Virus record (IMG/VR): IMGVR_UViG_3300021373_003004
Coordinates: 1 to 56,907 of that record
DNA length: 56,907 nt
From: a virus
Lineage: Duplodnaviria; Caudoviricetes
Strand: one strand, 5' to 3'
Every line of letters starts with the position of its first letter. The first letter of the stretch is position 1. The position numbers were made by a program, and so were the translations under genes. Positions 9,336 to 18,163 of this stretch are shown here, piece after piece. The notes under the pieces were generated by a model, which saw only the letters and a list, made by a program, of their open reading frames with translations, was not told the DNA's origin and searched no databases.

Positions 9336-12260
9336 TTAGTACTGAGTACTATTATCGTAATCTGATAGGTCGCCGTTAACAGCAACTTCTGATACAGATC
9401 CATTATTAACTGTTCTTCTTATATAGTAATTATCATGATCAGGAATCATTTCTAATGTACCTGTAAATCTAGCTAATTGTTGTCCATTAACAAAACTAGG
9501 AGATGAAGCTATCGCTTGATCAATTAAAACTTCTTCATCAAACTTAGGATAAATTAATGAGCCATATCTCTTTGTTCCGCTTGACATATCAGAATCATAA
9601 TATAAAGCAATATCCCTTTGAAGCGCTCTTGGAAGCATATAACCTTTACTTCTCTTTAGTGCAGCCTTATAATCTAAGTTAGGATTGACTAAAGACATTT
9701 TATGCGTTTCAAAGTTATCAGCAAAAAGTCCTGTTGATATACGCTCTAAACCATTTTCATCAATAACTGTTAAATTTGCAGTATTTAGTTCTGATAATGT
9801 TAGAGTTGAAATAATTTCTAAGTTATCTATTCTCTTTTCAAGAGAACGGATATCAGTCATTTTATATCCTCTGTTTACTATTTCTAATCTAGTAAAATCA
9901 TTTTTAGTTTTTGTATAAGGATTTAAAAATACATAATTTAATCCTAGATAACCATCAGGAATCTTTGGTGCTTTCAAAAATTCAACACCAGCCTGTGTTG
10001 CAATTCTTTCAATTCCTCCATTATCATTCATGACAAGTAGATCGATACGGCCAGTGTAGTAATCTACTTCACTGATTGATACAATATCTCTGTTTCTTGG
10101 AATGCGCAGTCTCTTATCGAAAGTTCCACCAGAATTTATTGTAGATCTAAAGTCAATTACGTTAGCTAAATTTTCGGATCTAGTAGAATTAGTTATAGTT
10201 AAATCAGGTATAGCACCATAATCAATACCATTATAAGAATTAACACTATAAAAATCTCCAGTACCATGTAAATAATAACTATATGAAACAGTTATGGTTG
10301 ATGCTGGAGTAGTATATCCTGTAATTAATTTGAGCGTTTCTGCGCCATAAAAACTAGCATTAGTTTTTGTATTTAAAGTAAATTTGTATGTAATATTTTC
10401 ACTAGTTGTGTCGTCAATTACACTAGTAATTGTACGAACATCAGTTTTAGACAGGGTCGCTATACCATTAACTACTGAAATAGATTCTGTATGAGTATCA
10501 TTCGTTTTAGGAATGCTTGTTCCTGTTGTATTCACATATGCTAAAAGAGATACATCTTTAGAAGCAGTTAGGCCAGAAATTTTAACCTCTGTTGTTCCAG
10601 CACCGCCACTATCAATTGTCAAAGAAGTTGTAACTTCTCCAGCACTGTCATAAGACAAAATCCACTCTGATTCATCAGCAAAATCTTCATCAGCAGCATT
10701 TGTTTGGAATACCGCCTCACCAGCTCCATTAGTAGTGGTTGTCAAAACATCAGCAACTGTCATACTAACAGTTCCTGTTATTTCTTTAGTAAATTTTTCA
10801 GGCAATCTAAATAACATAGAAGTCTGATCAGGATCAATAATTTGTGATCTATTATCAATCAAATCTATGTTTGCTTTGTTAGCTGCATCAGATCCAAAAC
10901 TTTTAGCTGTACCAATATCTCTAAGTACACCAGACCCATTTGAATCTACATTTATATCAAACATATGAACTCTAAAGTTCGTGCTATTTACTTTATCAAT
11001 GGATCTAATTCTAGCTGTGCCTAACGATGTACCTTGTAAATCAGCTGAATCGTAAATATTAACAGTAGTATAATCACCTACTTTTGATACTAGTCCAGTT
11101 AAATTTGCTGATGTTACTGGATAGTAATTACCGTAATTAGCAGCAACATTTTCTGTAGTTACAGTTTTTTTGTCAGATGTAGTTCTTGGTTTTGGAACTC
11201 TTATTGATGTGTTAGTACTTTTTTCTATTCTGTAACCATTAACAAATGCAACCCCTGGTTTTATAATGTATCGAAGATACGCATCGTCGCTGTCACTCAA
11301 TACTTCTAAACTTAATCTATCTTTTTCTTTTGATACAAAATCACCACTGATATCAGCAGTTCTTCTAGCTAGGGTATCACCCAAAGTATTCAGAATATTA
11401 TCGTTATATTGTAATGGTTCGACAGCACCATTTCTTAATCTTAATAATTTTATAAATGTTTCTGTGTCTTCATCGACATTACTCAATAAGTCTAGAGTTA
11501 ATTTAATTCTATAGCGGTCTGCACCTGGAGATGTTAAATTAGGAGTAGAACCGGCATTGTCATACAAAGCTAAATCATCTGACACAGTTACTATTTCTTC
11601 AGTAACTTTATAAACAATAGTATCATTGGGAGATTGTGAATACTTAGATAAAACCAATGATTGTTTTGGTACAAATACAAAATGACCTGATTGAAAAACT
11701 TCTGTGCTCGGAACATTAATTATTGAAGCTCTACCGGTAGCTGGGTTAGCAACCGTGTTGATTGATTGAACTGTTAGTGTTCCTAAATCAGTTGTTAGAT
11801 CTTGACCAGCGGCTAATCCTAAAATTGTTTCTGTATCGGCGGATCTAGATGTATCATTTGCATCAACTACAGAATACAATATAGTTGCTGGATCAGCACC
11901 AGTAGCTGGGATAACCTTTAAAATAGTAATTTTTACACTTAATGGATTTGTGGCATAAGTGTTTTCTAATTCAGTATAATTAGTAGGAAGAGCATTTGTA
12001 GACGTATCTAACTTAGCAAAAAATACAGAGAAATCTTTCAGCTGAGCTGTACCAAGATTTCCTGAAATTACGCTACTTTCTTTAAAGAGATAACGTCCCA
12101 GTCTTTCAATTTCTTTATTAATAATAGTTTGTAACTGAGTAAGCTCACGAGCTTGCAGTGCACGACCACTATTAAATACAATTCTATGATAGTTATCACT
12201 ATCACGAAAGTCATCTTTGTAGTTACTTAGAAACGTATTTTTTAAAACTGTAGTAGCCAT
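9336..12260 (-). CDS. DUF4815/VrlC-like large virion structural protein, N-terminal part
   Basis: YKDDF..NYHRIVFNSGRALQARELTQLQT, SPGADRYRIKL, LARRT and GYKMTDIRSLEKRIDNLE motifs. Confidence 0.85.
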   Translation of the reverse strand: MATTVLKNTFLSNYKDDFRDSDNYHRIVFNSGRALQARELTQLQTIINKEIERLGRYLFKESSVISGNLGTAQLKDFSVFFAKLDTSTNALPTNYTELENTYATNPLSVKITILKVIPATGADPATILYSVVDANDTSRSADTETILGLAAGQDLTTDLGTLTVQSINTVANPATGRASIINVPSTEVFQSGHFVFVPKQSLVLSKYSQSPNDTIVYKVTEEIVTVSDDLALYDNAGSTPNLTSPGADRYRIKLTLDLLSNVDEDTETFIKLLRLRNGAVEPLQYNDNILNTLGDTLARRTADISGDFVSKEKDRLSLEVLSDSDDAYLRYIIKPGVAFVNGYRIEKSTNTSIRVPKPRTTSDKKTVTTENVAANYGNYYPVTSANLTGLVSKVGDYTTVNIYDSADLQGTSLGTARIRSIDKVNSTNFRVHMFDINVDSNGSGVLRDIGTAKSFGSDAANKANIDLIDNRSQIIDPDQTSMLFRLPEKFTKEITGTVSMTVADVLTTTTNGAGEAVFQTNAADEDFADESEWILSYDSAGEVTTSLTIDSGGAGTTEVKISGLTASKDVSLLAYVNTTGTSIPKTNDTHTESISVVNGIATLSKTDVRTITSVIDDTTSENITYKFTLNTKTNASFYGAETLKLITGYTTPASTITVSYSYYLHGTGDFYSVNSYNGIDYGAIPDLTITNSTRSENLANVIDFRSTINSGGTFDKRLRIPRNRDIVSISEVDYYTGRIDLLVMNDNGGIERIATQAGVEFLKAPKIPDGYLGLNYVFLNPYTKTKNDFTRLEIVNRGYKMTDIRSLEKRIDNLEIISTLTLSELNTANLTVIDENGLERISTGLFADNFETHKMSLVNPNLDYKAALKRSKGYMLPRALQRDIALYYDSDMSSGTKRYGSLIYPKFDEEVLIDQAIASSPSFVNGQQLARFTGTLEMIPDHDNYYIRRTVNNGSVSEVAVNGDLSDYDNSTQY

Positions 12261-12269
12261 GATCTACCC

Positions 12270-13613
12270 TTAAAGTTGAATAATAATTTTAACATCTTCA
12301 GTCTGATCAGCAGACCTAGTCACCGAAAGGTTTCTATTATCTATATAGTGCATTTCACCTGAATATACGTCAAAACCAGGTACAATATTTGCTGAATCAG
12401 CTGTTCTATTAGCTGTAGCAGTTGATGTTGTTACAATTTCACCATCGGTAAATGATTTAAATCCAGTTGTTTCAGTTTGGTGATACCAAATAGTTGTAGA
12501 ATCGTCATAAAAATCAATATAAGCTTGTGCAGCAGAAGATGCACCAGTAATTAATTGATCCGCTTGGAAATCATCAGTTGCTGATAATCTCATTTGTTTT
12601 AGTGCCAATGCTGTGTTACCTGTAAATGCAGCGGTAGAATCATATTGCAATGGATTTTTCAACAACGCTAATTGTCTGAAATCGTTACCAGTTACAAACA
12701 CACCTTCTTCAGTACCGTCAGCCAAAACATTAAAGTTGACTGCTCTTCCTCTTAAATCTCTTGTTGGATCAGCACCAATACCAGCAGGTGGAGCAAAAAC
12801 TGGAACTATTGTAGCACCAGTACCACCGCCACCACTTATTGTCACATTGGCGTAATCATAACCAGAACCAAATGGGAAACCACCAGCTGATTCATCAACT
12901 TCTATCGCGCCGATTGTATTAGAAGATGTTACAACAGCTCTAGCGTGAGCACCTTTACCATTACCTACGATAGTGATAGTAGGTGTACCTGTGTAACCAC
13001 TACCAGCAGCTGTTACTCTATAGCCAATAATTTGGCCTGCAGTCGCTGCTTGTTGAACTAAATACTGGTTATAGTAAGCATCGCCCGGAGCAGCTGAGTC
13101 AATTAATTGGACAGGCATAAAGTTAGCTGTTAAAAATCTTGTAGCGTCACCTGCAGAAATTGTATACAAATATTTCCAGATATACCCATCTGAAAGTTCT
13201 GTTAAAGTTGTAGCAGATGTGCTTGTAGGTTGTACAGTGGATGTAACAGCATTACCATTAGAGTCTTTACCCTGACGAATACAAACATAAACGTTATTCT
13301 CATCTGTTATAACATAATAACGTGAAGCTTGACCTACTGAGTTATCGTTATACTGTTGATATGTTGTACCTGATGACCAGTTGTATCTTGTAACAACGAG
13401 TGAAGTATCTAGTACAGCTTTAATAGACTGCATCTTATATCTAAACTGACGAATCTCGCGTTCAGTATTAGCAGGTGTTGGAGGAGTATCAGTACTATCC
13501 CACGCTTCTGATGCACCAAGTGCAATGTAATATCGATTAGAAGAATCCTCAAACTCTGTAAGAAGAGAATTTACTAATTGATTTTTAACTCTATCTGTAA
13601 TTATTGCTACCAT
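12270..13613 (-). CDS. gp8: Baseplate wedge subunit gp8
   Basis: RYNWSSGTTYQQY, YYVITDENNVYVC, DGYIWKYLYTI, NDFRQLALLKNP and QTEDVKIIIQL motifs. Confidence 0.9.
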   Translation of the reverse strand: MVAIITDRVKNQLVNSLLTEFEDSSNRYYIALGASEAWDSTDTPPTPANTEREIRQFRYKMQSIKAVLDTSLVVTRYNWSSGTTYQQYNDNSVGQASRYYVITDENNVYVCIRQGKDSNGNAVTSTVQPTSTSATTLTELSDGYIWKYLYTISAGDATRFLTANFMPVQLIDSAAPGDAYYNQYLVQQAATAGQIIGYRVTAAGSGYTGTPTITIVGNGKGAHARAVVTSSNTIGAIEVDESAGGFPFGSGYDYANVTISGGGGTGATIVPVFAPPAGIGADPTRDLRGRAVNFNVLADGTEEGVFVTGNDFRQLALLKNPLQYDSTAAFTGNTALALKQMRLSATDDFQADQLITGASSAAQAYIDFYDDSTTIWYHQTETTGFKSFTDGEIVTTSTATANRTADSANIVPGFDVYSGEMHYIDNRNLSVTRSADQTEDVKIIIQL

Positions 13614-13625
13614 GTTCTTATCTCA

Positions 13626-14645
13626 TTAAACTATTGCTATGCCGTTACCGGCTGAGTCTGTACCGATCATATGCCATTTATTCTCAACACTTTCATAAAT
13701 AAACTGTGACATGGCATTTGGAGCTAATCTAACGTTACCAGCTGCCATTAGAGCTCCAGCACCTGAATCTGCTTCAAGAGTTGCTGTTGCTGTGCCTCTA
13801 TTTAGAATAATCTTTAATTCACCACTAACACTACCATCTCTAATAATAAAGTTTTGTGCAGATGTTGGATTCAATACAATAAACGTATTTTTTTCCATAT
13901 CTCTATCGCCAGAGGAATCCATTTGCGCGCTGGCATAGGCTATCTTGCCAAGTCTAGTTACACCTGTACCTTTATTCTCTATATTAATACCTACATTTGT
14001 ATCAGTACCAGTTGCTGAAATTGTTGGCCTATTACCAGCAGCAGCATTAGCTAGTGTTAGTTCATTTGCTGCAGAAGCTGTAGCTGTAACCTTTAATAGT
14101 TCGGCACCATTCACGTCTTGAATAGCTGTACCAATTTTTGGTGATGTCAGCGTTTTATTTGTTAACGTCTGTGTCTGTGCATTAAAAGTTAATGTATCAC
14201 TATCAGCAAGTACCGGTAAGTTAATATTAATATTTTTTGATGTTAAATTACCAGGTTTTATGTTATAAGTGTGACTAGCATTTGTATCATTAATAACGAT
14301 ACCATCTAAAATAGGATTATTTAATGTAGCACTATCTAATGTTTTATTTGTCAGCGTTTGTGTTGCGGTGTTTATTGTTACTGTTCCAGCTGAATCAGGT
14401 AAAGTAAAGATAAGTTTTGAAGCCCCTTCAGTATGAGTAAGAATAGAATTATTTGTTACACCTATATACTCTAAACCACTGTCAACTAATCTAACGGCAG
14501 TTGTAAGAGATGTACCAGAGTCACCTCCACCCAATTGTGAATACAATTCAATAAAGTTTTCATTAATTTTAGTACCAGCTGTACGAAGTGTATCACCTGT
14601 TCCATCATTGGCAGTTGAGCCGGTATTAAGATTTTGCCTTGCCAT
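13626..14645 (-). CDS. Baseplate wedge/fibre connector with gp9/gp10-like N-terminus
   Basis: GSTANDGTGDTLRTAGTKINENFIELY N-terminal motif; TQTLTNKTL fibre repeats. Confidence 0.8.
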   Translation of the reverse strand: MARQNLNTGSTANDGTGDTLRTAGTKINENFIELYSQLGGGDSGTSLTTAVRLVDSGLEYIGVTNNSILTHTEGASKLIFTLPDSAGTVTINTATQTLTNKTLDSATLNNPILDGIVINDTNASHTYNIKPGNLTSKNININLPVLADSDTLTFNAQTQTLTNKTLTSPKIGTAIQDVNGAELLKVTATASAANELTLANAAAGNRPTISATGTDTNVGINIENKGTGVTRLGKIAYASAQMDSSGDRDMEKNTFIVLNPTSAQNFIIRDGSVSGELKIILNRGTATATLEADSGAGALMAAGNVRLAPNAMSQFIYESVENKWHMIGTDSAGNGIAIV

Positions 14646-14670
14646 AGGGTTTCCTCAATTTACTTAAGAG

Positions 14671-14678
14671 TATTTATA
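14671..14678 (-). promoter_or_regulatory. T4-type late promoter TATAAATA
   Basis: Intergenic tatttata upstream of the ATG at 14645. Confidence 0.75.
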
Positions 14679-14684
14679 ATAGTT

Positions 14685-15689
14685 TTAGTAGGTTCCAATT
14701 GAATCATACCAATCCTGATCTAAAGTTTGTTGTCTTCTTGTTGTATCCATTGTTACTGCTGTGCCATCAGAATCATTATCATCAAATGTTGGCAGTGACG
14801 GTGATAGAGCAGTAAGAATATTTGGATAGCTACTATCAAGTTCAGATAGTGTCTGATCAGAATCAAGTGGTAGTAGATCAACACGGTAAGTTGTGCTAGC
14901 ACTATCGATAAGACCAGTGAGATCTGCCGAAGGCTGGCTAGTAAGATCAAACAGAGCTTCACCAGTTGTAACAACATCTGTAGAAACAACCTTAGCAATT
15001 TCAGGCATCAGTGTGCTTACACCAGTTGTATTGACTGACGCAATTTGAACCTGCCCTCCCAAATACATTCCAGCAGGATGAACAAATAATTTATAGACCT
15101 CTCTCCAATTGTCAAGAGGAATGTCTGACTTAATCAGAATTGCTAAGGTTTGATATAACTTATCATCAGTTAAAAATCTTTGAGATTCAGCACCAATCTT
15201 CGAAGCACTTGATAATATTTGTTCTCCAGCTGCATTACTACTGTCTAGAGTGTAATCAACTAATGGTCCGACTTTAAACACCTGCTCTTTTGGGTATGAT
15301 ACTTCTGGATCTGTTCCAAAAAAAGCTCTAAAGAACTGTTGAATACTATATCGAGTACCTTTAGATCTGTATAGAATATTAGAAAACTTTGAAGCTTCAC
15401 GTTTGTTAATAAATCCACCAAAGTAAGCCTGTCCTAGTAGAATCTCATCTTCAATATATTGTAAGAGTTCAGTATCAACCTGTGTTAGATCACGTGAACG
15501 ATATAAATCTCTTACTTTTTGGTCTGGATTACCAGTCTCTTCCATCCATTCATAATAAGCTTCAAGTAGTGAAATTAAATTTGGATAGTCATCAATAAAA
15601 TGTTCAGGTAATACATTAGTAACTTCAGAACGCTGAAGGTTTAAATCACGCCTATTATTATCTCTGAGTGTTTTATCTAATTGTGTCAT
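14685..15689 (-). CDS. gp7: Baseplate wedge initiator, gp7-like (short form)
   Basis: LLEAYYEWME, YRSKGT..SIQQFFRAFFG and VHPAGMYLGG motifs; follows gp6. Confidence 0.75.
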   Translation of the reverse strand: MTQLDKTLRDNNRRDLNLQRSEVTNVLPEHFIDDYPNLISLLEAYYEWMEETGNPDQKVRDLYRSRDLTQVDTELLQYIEDEILLGQAYFGGFINKREASKFSNILYRSKGTRYSIQQFFRAFFGTDPEVSYPKEQVFKVGPLVDYTLDSSNAAGEQILSSASKIGAESQRFLTDDKLYQTLAILIKSDIPLDNWREVYKLFVHPAGMYLGGQVQIASVNTTGVSTLMPEIAKVVSTDVVTTGEALFDLTSQPSADLTGLIDSASTTYRVDLLPLDSDQTLSELDSSYPNILTALSPSLPTFDDNDSDGTAVTMDTTRRQQTLDQDWYDSIGTY

Positions 15690-17686
15690 TAATCATTCGC
15701 TGTTGTTATAATAGCATTAGCAGCTGAAACATCAGCATCATAAACAAGTATATTATTTCTCGTCGGAGCTATTGAACTTTGATTAGCTGGAGTAACAGAA
15801 AGTTTTATATAATTAACAGAACCTACAATTGACGTTGGTGTAAAATAAGTAAGTGTTACAACTCCAGATGCTGCAGCATAAGATCCTAAGTTATCGACAA
15901 TCACGTCGTTTGTGCCATTAGCAATAATTCTTAATGTGTTACTACTCAATGCGTTTTCTATTCTACATGAAACACCTTCATAAATGAATGATGAACTTGT
16001 AACACGAAGGTTTACATCATCTGGAGCAGCAATAGCTGTGGGGAATCTTAGAGTAAATGTATTCTCATTAGCTAATGAGCTAATAGATGTTCTGATCGAT
16101 GTATACGAACTAGTAGAATATTTTGCAATCAATGAAGCTGCTGTATTATAATTATTTTCATTTATTAAAGCTATAGCAGCGTTTAAATCAGAATTGGGTA
16201 TTGTAAAATTAGTTAGAGTTTGAATAGTACTAGAAATAGAAGGAGCAGTCGGTACAAACCGTTGTTGCATTTTTACTTCTGCTCTCGATGACAGAATAGC
16301 TGGATTAGACTCATCAATTAATGTTAATAGATTAGATCTTCTAAATGACTGATCAAAACCACCAGTATTATCGGTAAAGTATTGTGATATGATATCTAAA
16401 ACATTTGATTGTACAGCATTGACTGTTAGCGAAGTTAATTTTGGATTGAAGTCAAAGAAGTTTTGTACTTCGACGTATGTAGTCACAGGATCTGCGAATC
16501 TCAGCCTAAATGATATAACAGCTAAGTCGTCTGACAATTGTGTTATGCCCAACTTTGTATTAGCTTGCGTCAACGCCGTAACATCATCTTCGAATAAAAT
16601 AGAAACATAAACCGCACCAAACTCAGGATCTAAGTTATCCTCTCCGCCCCATGCTTTAATATCTTTGATGAGTGTAGAATAGTTACGAAGAATAAGAGAA
16701 GAATAATCAGCAGCTGTCACCATTCTGTTTTGTGTCGCATACTGAAATGGTGCGTTCTTACGAATTGATTCTATAGATTCTTTAGTGTCTCCACCAACAC
16801 TGTTTGTGATAGTTGTAACAGTTAAAGATGCACCACTAATACCGCCACCTGTATAAGTACTTGCTGGTGTAAATGTAGTTGCACCGTTAGCTGGATCACC
16901 TTTAGTAGAAAGATATAAAACCTCAATCTTAGCCCCAGCTTGTGGGGCAACACCAAATGTTTCACCGTCGCCAAATGAAAGTTCAAAGTAACCATTAGGT
17001 GCTTCTTTTAGGATGTAAATTGTCGACTGAGCATTAATAGTTGTGGCGTTGATAATGTTAGTATATACAGCAAACGTTGAACTAGTTGTGCTTTCGTAAA
17101 CACGAACAGTCACAGTATCAGCATCAATATTTGTATCAGGTATAACATAAGTAGGATTGTCTTCGTACTCACCAACTAGGAATGTCTTAGTCTTTTGAGT
17201 ACCCTCGTAAATAGGCAGCTCATTTGAACCATTAGCTGTTACAAACTCGTAGAATCCTGTCCCATCATCTGTAGCATAGTAGGTTTCAATTGTTTGAAAT
17301 GTATAGTTTACATCATCAACCGAAGTTGTAAATGTTGTTCTAGCTGGTAATGAAATAACAGCATCACGGCCAGCATCAGAGGATGATAGACTAATATTTA
17401 CTGTAGCCTGTGCTGCTGTGTCAGTATCAGGAATATAACCAATTCCCTCGGCAAGAGACACAACAGAACTTCTTAATTGTGCAGTACTCAGATAAGATTC
17501 GTTAAGTGCAAAGTTTGCAACCAACGAGTTGAAGTGCGTATTATAAGCTAACACATCAAGGATGTTAGAAAGACCAGAGGCTTCGAAGTTGTAGTCTCTA
17601 AACTCTTCTCTAGCAGCTAGGTAGGTCTTTAGATTATTTTTGATATTTGTAAAATCTAAAGCGGTTGAAGCTATTGTTGTTGCCAT
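15689..17686 (-). CDS. gp6: Baseplate wedge subunit gp6
   Basis: LDFTNIKNNLK, DYNFEASGLSNILDVLAYNTH, ESIESIRKNAP, QNRMVTAADY and AWGGEDN motifs. Confidence 0.95.
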   Translation of the reverse strand: MATTIASTALDFTNIKNNLKTYLAAREEFRDYNFEASGLSNILDVLAYNTHFNSLVANFALNESYLSTAQLRSSVVSLAEGIGYIPDTDTAAQATVNISLSSSDAGRDAVISLPARTTFTTSVDDVNYTFQTIETYYATDDGTGFYEFVTANGSNELPIYEGTQKTKTFLVGEYEDNPTYVIPDTNIDADTVTVRVYESTTSSTFAVYTNIINATTINAQSTIYILKEAPNGYFELSFGDGETFGVAPQAGAKIEVLYLSTKGDPANGATTFTPASTYTGGGISGASLTVTTITNSVGGDTKESIESIRKNAPFQYATQNRMVTAADYSSLILRNYSTLIKDIKAWGGEDNLDPEFGAVYVSILFEDDVTALTQANTKLGITQLSDDLAVISFRLRFADPVTTYVEVQNFFDFNPKLTSLTVNAVQSNVLDIISQYFTDNTGGFDQSFRRSNLLTLIDESNPAILSSRAEVKMQQRFVPTAPSISSTIQTLTNFTIPNSDLNAAIALINENNYNTAASLIAKYSTSSYTSIRTSISSLANENTFTLRFPTAIAAPDDVNLRVTSSSFIYEGVSCRIENALSSNTLRIIANGTNDVIVDNLGSYAAASGVVTLTYFTPTSIVGSVNYIKLSVTPANQSSIAPTRNNILVYDADVSAANAIITTAND

Positions 17687-17687
17687 G

Positions 17688-18134
17688 TTATCTTAACCTT
17701 GATATAACTGTTGTAAACACTACTATTTCTTTAGTGTTTATTACTTGAAATTCTAAGGTAACATCAAGACTGTTTTGATCTGGTCTTGTGTTTACTCCAA
17801 TTTTTAGAATCTTTGCTCTTGGTTCATACGTTTGAATAGCACGAATAATATTGTTCTTAATATCACCTTTGATATCATCATATGCTAATTCAAATAAAAA
17901 TTCTCTAATATTACCACCGAATTTAGGTAAAAACGGTTTTTCAAAATGATTAGTTTGAATAAGATTTTTAATAGCTTGTTTTACTGCTGCCGCATCTCTT
18001 TTCTTATAGATCTCGCCATTAGGCTTTGCAGTAAATGTCAAGTCAATGTCAGTATACAGCTTGCTTCTACTAGTAATAATACTACTAGTATTTAAACTTC
18101 CATCTTCTTTTGATAAGACTCTTGTTGTCGCCAT
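17688..18134 (-). CDS. gp25: Baseplate wedge subunit gp25
   Basis: AVKQAIKNLIQTNHFEKPFLPKFGGNIREFLFE and YEPRA motifs. Confidence 0.95.
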   Translation of the reverse strand: MATTRVLSKEDGSLNTSSIITSRSKLYTDIDLTFTAKPNGEIYKKRDAAAVKQAIKNLIQTNHFEKPFLPKFGGNIREFLFELAYDDIKGDIKNNIIRAIQTYEPRAKILKIGVNTRPDQNSLDVTLEFQVINTKEIVVFTTVISRLR

Positions 18135-18153
18135 TTTACAATCTTTTTCTTTT

Positions 18154-18161
18154 TATTTATA
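18154..18161 (-). promoter_or_regulatory. T4-type late promoter TATAAATA
   Basis: Intergenic tatttata upstream of gp25. Confidence 0.75.
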
Positions 18162-18163
18162 TG

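Noticed and set aside
6402-12260. Pseudogene or stop-codon-readthrough explanation for the split VrlC-like locus (and likewise gp5)
   Set aside because: Each piece has its own RBS or coupled start, and conserved core genes end normally at TAA/TAG/TGA, so there is no sign of recoding.
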